Below are positions 36,586 to 44,298 of a DNA stretch of 64,000 nucleotides, piece after piece. Below the pieces are notes generated by a model. The model was not told the origin of the DNA and ran no database searches. It saw only the letters and a program-made list of their open reading frames with translations. Position 1 is the stretch's first letter; each line of letters begins with the position of its first letter. The stretch covers positions 89-64,088 of the forward strand of contig SFHC01000012.1 in NCBI GenBank assembly GCA_004555725.1, written 5' to 3'. The position numbers and the translations under genes were made by a program. The stretch comes from [Eubacterium] saphenum. Lineage in GTDB: Bacteria > Bacillota > Clostridia > Peptostreptococcales > Anaerovoracaceae.

Positions 36586-39093
36586 TTATCTGCTCTGCGA
36601 TCTGGCATAGCTGCTGAACCAGTTTTCTGCTTCTTTCTCACAGCCCAGCACCGCACCGTAAACCTTCACCCACTCTGCCTGTGCCAGTGTTCCTTTTTCA
36701 CGCGCAGAACGATCGATCAGCACCGGCGTTTCCATTGCTGTAAACAGCTGAATGGCATTATCCAGCTGTGCATACTGTTTACCTGCGTTCTGCTGCGAGA
36801 CAGCTGTTGCGCTCCCCTGTGCAGCGGTCGACTCTGAATCTGGCGCATACCTGTGTACAAAAGACCGGAGGCTTGTTGGGAGAAGGTGATCCGGAAGAAT
36901 TCCGATCACAGAAGCCAGAAAATGCTTGACCGGATGCTGTTCAGCCCTTGCCCTGTCGGCTTTTGTCTGTGCAGCCTCTCCGCGCCCCTGCAACTGCCCT
37001 TCTTCTCTCGGGACTGCTCCGGACGGAAGAATACATAGATCTGTCTTTTCTTCAACGAGATCCCGATAATCCACATGTTTCCAGTCTCCCGGAAACTGGA
37101 CCCGGCCGCTCTTGACACGGCCGCGCAGATCCTGCTCCGCTGACGCCGGCAGACAGCGATACGCTCTGGCGCTGTTGAAGCCGAATGAGCTGAACCGTCC
37201 GGACTGATTCAAAATTCCCGCAAATCGCAGAGCGCTCTGCGAATCAGTATACCCGTGCTTTGGCGTGTGAATAACGATACAGTTCTTATCCAGGCCAGCC
37301 GGGACCGATGCCCCGCTCGGCACAACCAGGTAATTGATGATCCTTCCTTTATAGAGCTGCTGTGTCCGCTCACTCTGCGTCTTCCCTTCCTTTTTTTCCA
37401 GTTCTTCACGGCCGCTTTCGACCTTCGTCTTTTGTTTCTTGTTCCCGTCTGCGCTTCTTCCGGCAGCGTACTTCTCCAAATCCACCTGAATCAGTGTAAT
37501 TCCCCGGCTGTAACGGAAGATCTTAAACAGCTCTGCGTGCTCGACTTTTACAGAAGACTGTTTCTTCAGACCAGCAATTTCCGGCGCTTTCCTGGACAGT
37601 TTCTTTTGTCCGCTCTTCAGCTGCCGTGCAGAAGAAGAATTCCCGCCCTTTCCGCTCAGACCGACATACAAGGTGTACGTAATCCAGTGCGGCTGTGACA
37701 TCGCGACGGTTCTGCCCACAACCTTGTTGTTGGCGTTCAGATGAACCGGAATCACGAACACAGAAGTGCTTCCACCGCTTCCCGACCGCATAAACGTTCT
37801 GCCGTCCGCGCGCAGCTGGTCATAATAAGGACTGTCAAACACGATCGTCGCGTATGCCTTGCCTCCAGTCACCGTGATTTTACTGCATGAAATGCCCTTC
37901 AGCCGTCCTGATCCGCCCGACCAGCTGAACGAACTCGGCGTATAGACGCCGTCCTTTCTGCCCGCGCGGCTGTCCACCCTCGACGTGCTTCCCGACCGGT
38001 CGCTTGTCGACTTTGAGATTCTGTCTTTCTTGTGGTTATTGTGAAATACCTTCTGGACCGTTGTTCCTTCTGCAGTGCTTCTGCGCTTAATTGTATTCTT
38101 CCCTTTCGGAATCACTGTCGCACTGCCCTTGACACGCACGATTCCGCTCGTATAAAATGCAGCCTTATGCTGGTACCATCGGTTTCTCCTCTTGGAATGC
38201 CCGGCGAGCTGAAATTTCTTATTCAGCGTTTTTACCGGAATGGTGTATGAATAATAATTATTGTGGTTTGAGTATCGGATCCAGGTCGATTTCGCCGCTT
38301 TTTCCGCCTGCGCCGCCGTCCCCGGATACAGATAATCGTACCCCTGTCCGGTGAGCGTAATCTTTGCCTTCATTTTCCCGTTCTTCACCGTGAGGATCGC
38401 GTATGTTCCGCCCTGATACGGCTGAATATTGAACATATACTGATCGGTCCACGCCTGAATACGGTAGGTCCCGTTTTTCAGGACGCCGTTCTTAAAGTAT
38501 TTCTTTGATGACGATGACGTTTCCTTCGGCGGCGTCTTTTCTTTCTTATCACTTTTACTTCCTCCGGAATTTTTACTGATGTACGTCTTCGCTCCTTTGT
38601 TCAGACCGACATTCAGCGCATAAGCAATAGCATGGGGCGCACCCATTCTGGTGGTCACCGCGGATACATCAGTAGGTTCATTTATCCGGACGGGCACGAC
38701 AAAGGTTGATGTGCCAAGGGTATGATCGACATCAGAGACATACTCTTTACCGTCAACCGTCATCCTTGTGTAATACGCGCTGTGAAAGACAATCTCTGCA
38801 GACGCACCGCTGTCATCAATTTTTACCCAGTCACATGTGATCTTTACTTTTCCCGTTCCTCCGGAAAAAGTAAACGACGACGGCACATACTTTCCTGCAG
38901 ATATTCCGGACTGCCCGGCACTCTTAGAACCGGATAAAACAGAATCCGATGCCGCAGATGTCTCCGTTTCTGCGTGTGAGGAAAATTCCGGAAACGTCTC
39001 TGCCGCAGCCGTGCTGAAGCTCAGCAGTACGGCCGCAGACAGAGCCGCGGCGCCTATCCTCTTCATGATCGCCTTATGATATTTAATCTGCAT
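36586..39093 (-). CDS. secreted multidomain protein: signal peptide - D2 - D1 - D2 - half substrate-binding protein (N-lobe only)
   Basis: ATG 39093 (RBS GGGAG). Signal peptide ...LLSFSTAAAETF. Two copies of a ~100-aa domain I call D2 (PSSF(T/S)(F/W)SGG(T/S)G...IVF.S.YY...DG...FV(V/I)PV...PH.I.Y.L.VGL) at nt 38602-38895 and 37654-37950. One copy of a domain I call D1 at nt 38149-38475. The C-terminal 330 aa (nt 36589-37578) are paralogous to the N-lobe of the downstream SBP. Confidence 0.7.
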   Translation of the reverse strand: MQIKYHKAIMKRIGAAALSAAVLLSFSTAAAETFPEFSSHAETETSAASDSVLSGSKSAGQSGISAGKYVPSSFTFSGGTGKVKITCDWVKIDDSGASAEIVFHSAYYTRMTVDGKEYVSDVDHTLGTSTFVVPVRINEPTDVSAVTTRMGAPHAIAYALNVGLNKGAKTYISKNSGGSKSDKKEKTPPKETSSSSKKYFKNGVLKNGTYRIQAWTDQYMFNIQPYQGGTYAILTVKNGKMKAKITLTGQGYDYLYPGTAAQAEKAAKSTWIRYSNHNNYYSYTIPVKTLNKKFQLAGHSKRRNRWYQHKAAFYTSGIVRVKGSATVIPKGKNTIKRRSTAEGTTVQKVFHNNHKKDRISKSTSDRSGSTSRVDSRAGRKDGVYTPSSFSWSGGSGRLKGISCSKITVTGGKAYATIVFDSPYYDQLRADGRTFMRSGSGGSTSVFVIPVHLNANNKVVGRTVAMSQPHWITYTLYVGLSGKGGNSSSARQLKSGQKKLSRKAPEIAGLKKQSSVKVEHAELFKIFRYSRGITLIQVDLEKYAAGRSADGNKKQKTKVESGREELEKKEGKTQSERTQQLYKGRIINYLVVPSGASVPAGLDKNCIVIHTPKHGYTDSQSALRFAGILNQSGRFSSFGFNSARAYRCLPASAEQDLRGRVKSGRVQFPGDWKHVDYRDLVEEKTDLCILPSGAVPREEGQLQGRGEAAQTKADRARAEQHPVKHFLASVIGILPDHLLPTSLRSFVHRYAPDSESTAAQGSATAVSQQNAGKQYAQLDNAIQLFTAMETPVLIDRSAREKGTLAQAEWVKVYGAVLGCEKEAENWFSSYARSQSR

Positions 39094-39216
39094 CAATATG
39101 CACTCCCTGATCTCTGTCTCCTTAGAAAAGAAAGCTGCAGCCCCAGCCTCCTGCCGGTTCGATATATATCCCCCGCATATGAACTGGATTGACCGCAGCC
39201 CTTTTTATCCGCTTGG

Positions 39217-40011
39217 TTATTTAATCTTTGCCGCCTTCACCTTGCTCCATCCGGAGTAGCCGGACTTGTATCCGTTGAAATGCTCCGTGCGGACGCGGAA
39301 ATAGTACGTCTTTCCACTCTTCAGATTCTTCACCGTTTTCTCTGTCACATCGTTATAATACACGCTGGCGGTTTTTGCGCCCTTCATGGTTTTTTTGGAC
39401 GCGTACTGAACCTGATAGCCAGTTCCGTTTTTCGTGACCTTTTTCCAGGAAAGAATTGCCGCTTTTTTCTTTGGCGTTAATTTCTTGATCGTAGTTTTTG
39501 CCGGCGCGGCAATCTTGGCGTGCTCAAGATTCTTTTCCTTACCCGTGTAAGTCAGCGTAAGCGTATGCTGGTACCACGTCTGCCGTTTCGCGCTGTGTCC
39601 GAGAACGGAAAGGGTCGTATCGCCCTTGACCAGATCTTTTCCATCTTTCGTCAGCGGAATCGTAAAGTAGTAGGAGTCGCCGCGTCTGACCTTATGCTCG
39701 ATCTGGCCGGCTGCATCTTTCTCCGCTTCTTCTGAAGAAGTCCCCACATACAGTTTATCAAACCCCTGTGCTGCAAGCCGGAAAGTGACTGTTTCCTGTC
39801 CGTTTTTTACCGTCAGAAATGCCATCTGGTTATCCAGGGCATTCACATGGAACATAGGACTGTCTGTTTTTGCAGGAATGGCATACACCCCGTCCGGTAT
39901 CTTTGCTGCTTCCGTATTGCTTCCTGTGTCCGTGTCCGCAAATGCGGCCATGCTCATCGCCATAACTCCGGCGCATGCCGCTGCACCGATTTTTAATGCT
40001 GTTTTTCTCAA
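39217..40011 (-). CDS. secreted protein: signal peptide - D1 domain - fibronectin type III-like domain
   Basis: TTG start at 40011 with RBS AAGGAG. Signal peptide ...MSMAAFADTD. D1 (nt 39547-39894) is homologous to the D1 domain of the 835-aa protein. The C-terminal AAILSWKKVTKNGTGYQVQYA...KTYYFRVRT looks like FN3. Confidence 0.65.
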   Translation of the reverse strand: MRKTALKIGAAACAGVMAMSMAAFADTDTGSNTEAAKIPDGVYAIPAKTDSPMFHVNALDNQMAFLTVKNGQETVTFRLAAQGFDKLYVGTSSEEAEKDAAGQIEHKVRRGDSYYFTIPLTKDGKDLVKGDTTLSVLGHSAKRQTWYQHTLTLTYTGKEKNLEHAKIAAPAKTTIKKLTPKKKAAILSWKKVTKNGTGYQVQYASKKTMKGAKTASVYYNDVTEKTVKNLKSGKTYYFRVRTEHFNGYKSGYSGWSKVKAAKIK

Positions 40012-40032
40012 CTTTCTTCTCCTTATTTCATT

Positions 40033-41421
40033 TTATTTCATCATTGCTGCCGTATGCTGAACATAGATCTTCTGAATCGATTTCAGTGATCCGAGTCCGG
40101 CTACCTGCGCACTTACCTTAAACCCTGCTTTTTTCAGCTGCGATTTCCAGGAATCCGCATCGTTACCGGCGATATCATTATTCGCATGGTCTCCTGCGAC
40201 AACCATCATGCCGCGGATGACCACCTTCTTATATCCCTTCTTCTTCAGTTTCTTAATAATTGACGCAGAAGAGGTTGCCGCCGGCTTGCCTTCAACCGTT
40301 CCGACATAGACATTTTTATATCCCAGCTTATCGTAGTCCTTCTGCATTCTCGTGTACGTTACACGGTTCGCGTGAGAGGTTCCATGTCCAATAAATACGA
40401 ACGCCGTCTTATTTCCCGCCTTCTTCAGTGATGAAGTCTTAACTCCGGCCTGTCTTGCAGACGATTCCGCGAGCGCCTTCGCGACCGTTTTTCTATCTTT
40501 ATCTGATTTCAGCAGCGGACTGGCGATTTTCACAGTCTTCACACTGCCCTTATTTGCCTTTACATTTGCCTTCAGTAAATCATACTCTTCTCCGCTCATC
40601 AGTGTTGTCGGCTGAACGATCAGCGTCTTGACGCCTGCCTTATTGGCTTTTTCCAGTGCTTCTCTCACCGTGTCAATCCGGTATTCATCTCTTGCCAGAA
40701 TATGATTGATGATGACCTGTGAAGTAAATGCTCTTCTTACGGAATATTTCTTCCCATACTTATACTGGAGCGCCTTCTCGATTCCTCCGATCGTCTGGTA
40801 ACGGCTCGCATTGAAACTCGTTCCAAAGCTGACGACCAGAATCTCCGCTTTCTTATCCGGTGCTGCGCATACCTTTTTGGTCCATGCTTTATCCTTGGAA
40901 GCACTTCCGATCGGTGCCGCAGTGGAAAAATAATCCGCTCCGCCTGCTCCCGGATACTCGTACCCGTCCGGGATTTCCGGCACAGCCTTCTTATCGGCGT
41001 CAGAAAGCTTATCATACGCGTATTTTGCAATTTTTGCCACTCTTGCAACCATCTCCGTCTGTGCCTTCTGCTCTTCCGGAGTTGTCTTCGGATGAATGTA
41101 AATCTCACCGATCAATCCGGCAACCAGGAGCGGGCTGTCATTTTTGTCCACAAAAGCCTTTCCCTGTTCCAGCGTCATCTGTGTAATCTTACCGGTAATC
41201 TCCCTGACATTATCTTTAGAAATCGTAACTTTTTCTGCAGTCTGCGCACCGGTTTCTGCCTTCACAGCACTCTCCTCCTGTACAGTTTTTGCCGATGTAC
41301 CTGCCACCTGTGTCCCCGCATTCTGCGCGTCCGCAAATGCTGGCGCAGCAGCGAGCATGCTGGTTGCAACGGCTGCTGACAAAGCTGCAGTCATAAACTT
41401 ATTCAGCTGTTTCTTTTTCAT
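40033..41421 (-). CDS. exported CbiK-type class II chelatase homologue with ~170-aa N-terminal extension
   Basis: Start moved to ATG 41421 (RBS GGAAAGGAAA). Signal peptide MKKKQLNKFMTAALSAAVATSMLAAAPAFADA. The C-terminal 290 aa align with sirohydrochlorin cobaltochelatase CbiK (ILVVSFGTSF..., FIGHGTSH, VVAGDHANNDIAG, GLGSLKSIQKIYVQH). Confidence 0.8.
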   Translation of the reverse strand: MKKKQLNKFMTAALSAAVATSMLAAAPAFADAQNAGTQVAGTSAKTVQEESAVKAETGAQTAEKVTISKDNVREITGKITQMTLEQGKAFVDKNDSPLLVAGLIGEIYIHPKTTPEEQKAQTEMVARVAKIAKYAYDKLSDADKKAVPEIPDGYEYPGAGGADYFSTAAPIGSASKDKAWTKKVCAAPDKKAEILVVSFGTSFNASRYQTIGGIEKALQYKYGKKYSVRRAFTSQVIINHILARDEYRIDTVREALEKANKAGVKTLIVQPTTLMSGEEYDLLKANVKANKGSVKTVKIASPLLKSDKDRKTVAKALAESSARQAGVKTSSLKKAGNKTAFVFIGHGTSHANRVTYTRMQKDYDKLGYKNVYVGTVEGKPAATSSASIIKKLKKKGYKKVVIRGMMVVAGDHANNDIAGNDADSWKSQLKKAGFKVSAQVAGLGSLKSIQKIYVQHTAAMMK

Positions 41422-41463
41422 GATATCTGTTTCCTTTCCCGGTTCTTGAAAAGAGCCGCTCTC

Positions 41464-41750
41464 AATAAAATAACCTTCTGCCAAAATATGGCAAAAGGCA
41501 TACGGATAGAATGGAATCTATCGCATGTGCCAGTATCTCGTGGCGCGGAATACTCCGCTGCGATCATATCCAGGCAGGTCTCCTGACTCGCAGATTATGA
41601 CTTCTGCCGCCTTCCCACGCGCTGAGAGTGCGCGCAGTGGCATGGGTTGGCTTCTGCAATCCGCTTACAGTGACGAAGTTCGTACAGGACTTTCACCTGT
41701 TTCCCTTTTCAATGGCAGCCTGTTCTCTTATAGACTGTCATCACCTGAAC
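41464..41750 (-). promoter_or_regulatory. cobalamin (B12) riboswitch with intrinsic terminator
   Basis: Minus strand reads GGTGATGAC...AAAAGGGAAACAGGTGAAAGTCCTGTAC...CACTGTAAGCGGA...GCCACTG...GGGAAGGC...AGTCAGGAGACCTGCC, which covers the B12-box and flanking conserved blocks. The terminator is CCTTTTGCCA-TATT-TGGCAGAAGG plus TTATTTTATT (41464-41498). Confidence 0.9.
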
Positions 41751-41759
41751 GATATAAAA

Positions 41760-41788
41760 ATTATAGCATGTAGTCGTTGAGCTTTCAA
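41760..41788 (-). promoter_or_regulatory. sigma-70 type promoter in front of the B12 riboswitch
   Basis: Minus strand has TTGAAA (41788-41783), a 17-nt spacer and TATAAT (41765-41760). It sits about 57 nt downstream of the cbiC stop. Confidence 0.55.
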
Positions 41789-41844
41789 TTTTCAATCAAA
41801 AAATGACGCTTGATCCAGCCTCTTCTCAGATTCGCCGCCTCGAT

Positions 41845-42552
41845 TCACCCGCGGTTATCCGGATCCAGCCAACCCGCCGCCGTGTACAGAAGCGCATTCA
41901 CAATAGCAGCGGCTACATTGCTTCCGCCCTTTCTTCCCATCGCTATAATCGCCGGCACCTGACATTCTTCACAGGCAGCGAGCAGCATCTCCTTACTCTC
42001 CACTACATTTACAAAACCGACCGGAACACCAACCACCAGCGCCGGGCGCAGACCTCTGCGGATCTGTTCGGAAAGGGAGATCAGCGCCGTTGGCGCATTC
42101 CCGGAAACAAACACTGCATGCGGATGATTTTTCCCCGCATATTCCATAGATGCCCGGGCACGTGTGATGCCTTCTTCTTTTGCTGCCGATGCAATCCCGG
42201 GATCCGCCATATAGCAGACTGCCCGCACATCCAGTTTCTCCATCGCCCGTTTACTGATTCCAGTCAGCGCCATATTGGTATCCGTCACGATGATTTTAGA
42301 ACGTGCCGGCGAATCTCCGGCTAAGCCGGCATTACGCATGGAAAAATACCGGACGCCTGCCTGAGGCCCGTTTCCCGTAAACCGCAGAGTCTCCGCATAC
42401 TCAAAATCCGCGCTGGTATGAATCGCCCGCAGAATAACCGCACGCATCGCCGGATCTTCCGAAAGATGAATTCCTCTTTCATCCAGCTCCTGCGTAATGA
42501 TGCGCATACTGGTGCGTTCAATGTCTCCAGGTTTTACATGCTGTATTCCCAT
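41845..42552 (-). CDS. cbiC: cobalt-precorrin-8 methylmutase
   Basis: Start moved to ATG 42552 (RBS AAAGGAG). IHTSADFEYAETL and FVSGNAPTAL blocks. Confidence 0.9.
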   Translation of the reverse strand: MGIQHVKPGDIERTSMRIITQELDERGIHLSEDPAMRAVILRAIHTSADFEYAETLRFTGNGPQAGVRYFSMRNAGLAGDSPARSKIIVTDTNMALTGISKRAMEKLDVRAVCYMADPGIASAAKEEGITRARASMEYAGKNHPHAVFVSGNAPTALISLSEQIRRGLRPALVVGVPVGFVNVVESKEMLLAACEECQVPAIIAMGRKGGSNVAAAIVNALLYTAAGWLDPDNRG

Positions 42553-42609
42553 CACAGCCGCTCCTTTCTCTGTTCGTCTCCTGCCCTGTTTATCCACAGA
42601 AGCTCTGCT

Positions 42610-44163
42610 TTATCCCCGCTGCTGCCTGCGGAATACGATATCATAAACCGCGTCCATGTCTAGCGCAGCCCGGACACTGTTCGCGAGTTTATCATATTCC
42701 CTGTCTTCATACTCTTTTCGGCTTATCCGTTTTTTCCCCGTGTAAGAAAGGCCCTTTCTCTCACAGAGCCATGCAGCCAGCTTTTCTGTAACTTCTCCGC
42801 TGTCAAAAAGGCCGTGCAGGTATGTGCCAAACACATTGCCGCTCCAGCAGCCATCATCTTTTCCCTCGCCGTTTTCTGTCTTGTCCGGATAGTTCTGATT
42901 CCCGTCATCCTGCGCAATACGGCTGAACGCCTTTCCACGCACATCCGTAACACCCATATGAATTTCATATGCGTCAACCGAAGCACCGGAAAACGGTTCC
43001 GCTAAAACAGTTCCGCACATCCGTGTCCGCGTCTTTTTCCCGGTAAACACTGTCCTGACCGGAAGGAGCCCCATTCCTTTCATACCGTCAAGACTGCCTT
43101 CTGTATGCTCCGGATTAAGAAGCTCCTCGCCCAGCATCTGATATCCTCCGCAGATCCCGAGAACCGCTCCGCCACGGCCCGCAAACTTCCGGACAGTCAT
43201 TTCCAGGCCTGACTCCCTCAGCCATGCCAAGTCATCCAGGGTGCTTTTTGTCCCCGGAAGAATGACCAGATCCGGAGAACCGAATTCATCCGCGCGTTCG
43301 ACATACCGCACATCCATCATCGAGTCCGACTCCAGCGGGGCCAGATCCGTAAAATTAGAAATCCGCGGAAACCGAATCACTGCAATATCGAGCACCGCGC
43401 GGGAATCATCCTGCTGCCCTGTCCGCCGCAGGCGCGGAGCCAGAGAATCTTCTTCATCAATATCCACATACATGTACGGGATAACGCCCAGAACCGGAAT
43501 GCCCGTCCGCTCTTCAATCATGCGCACGCCCGGCGTCAGGATATCCTTATCTCCCCGGAACTTATTGATCAGCATGCCCTTAATCCTTCTGCGCTCGGAT
43601 TCTTCCAGCAGGGCCGCCGTTCCATAAAGCTGCGCAAACACGCCTCCGCGGTCAATATCTCCCGCCAGCAGAACTGGAGCATCCACCATCTCTGCAAGCC
43701 CCATATTCACAATATCGTGCTGTTTAAGATTAATTTCCGCAGGACTTCCCGCACCCTCGATCACAATGATGTCATTTTCCCGTTCCAGTGAATGGTACGC
43801 TTCCATAATATCCGGAATGAGCTTCTCCTTATACCGGAAATACTCACGGGCATCCATATCCCCGAGCACTTTTCCGTTAACGATCACCTGGCTGCCGACG
43901 TCACTGGACGGCTTCAGAAGAATCGGATTCATTCGCACATCCGGCTCGACTCCTGCAGCTTCAGCCTGCATAACCTGCGCGCGCCCCATTTCCAGTCCGT
44001 CTGCAGTAATCCAGCTGTTCAGCGCCATATTCTGACTCTTAAACGGAACTGTCTTCCAGCCGTCCTGACGGAAGATGCGGCAAAGAGCGCCGCACAAGAG
44101 GCTTTTTCCTGCTCCTGACATTGTTCCCTGCACCATAATGTTCCATGCTTTTCGACCGTTCAT
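42610..44163 (-). CDS. cbiP: cobyric acid synthase
   Basis: 517 aa. P-loop GTMSGAGKS. C-terminal glutamine amidotransferase domain with ICGGYQMLG. Confidence 0.92.
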   Translation of the reverse strand: MNGRKAWNIMVQGTMSGAGKSLLCGALCRIFRQDGWKTVPFKSQNMALNSWITADGLEMGRAQVMQAEAAGVEPDVRMNPILLKPSSDVGSQVIVNGKVLGDMDAREYFRYKEKLIPDIMEAYHSLERENDIIVIEGAGSPAEINLKQHDIVNMGLAEMVDAPVLLAGDIDRGGVFAQLYGTAALLEESERRRIKGMLINKFRGDKDILTPGVRMIEERTGIPVLGVIPYMYVDIDEEDSLAPRLRRTGQQDDSRAVLDIAVIRFPRISNFTDLAPLESDSMMDVRYVERADEFGSPDLVILPGTKSTLDDLAWLRESGLEMTVRKFAGRGGAVLGICGGYQMLGEELLNPEHTEGSLDGMKGMGLLPVRTVFTGKKTRTRMCGTVLAEPFSGASVDAYEIHMGVTDVRGKAFSRIAQDDGNQNYPDKTENGEGKDDGCWSGNVFGTYLHGLFDSGEVTEKLAAWLCERKGLSYTGKKRISRKEYEDREYDKLANSVRAALDMDAVYDIVFRRQQRG

Positions 44164-44298
44164 CCTGTATCTCTCTTCTACTTCCTATTATTCTCACCTG
44201 TCAGTTATTCTTTGTTTCCATCGTTTCTGTCTGTTCTGCCGATTTCTGCTCTATGCTCTTCCGGCATTCCTGTGATCTGCCTGCGTTCGCATTCTGTT

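Noticed and set aside
38149-39894. Calling the D1 domains true NEAT heme-binding domains
   Set aside because: The overall element order is reminiscent of NEAT, but the diagnostic YxxxY heme-ligand motif is missing and the operon is B12-regulated. I kept it as NEAT-like only, pending structure comparison.
41525-41773. 82-aa plus-strand ORF
   Set aside because: It lies entirely within the cobalamin riboswitch on the opposite strand, so it is a chance ORF.
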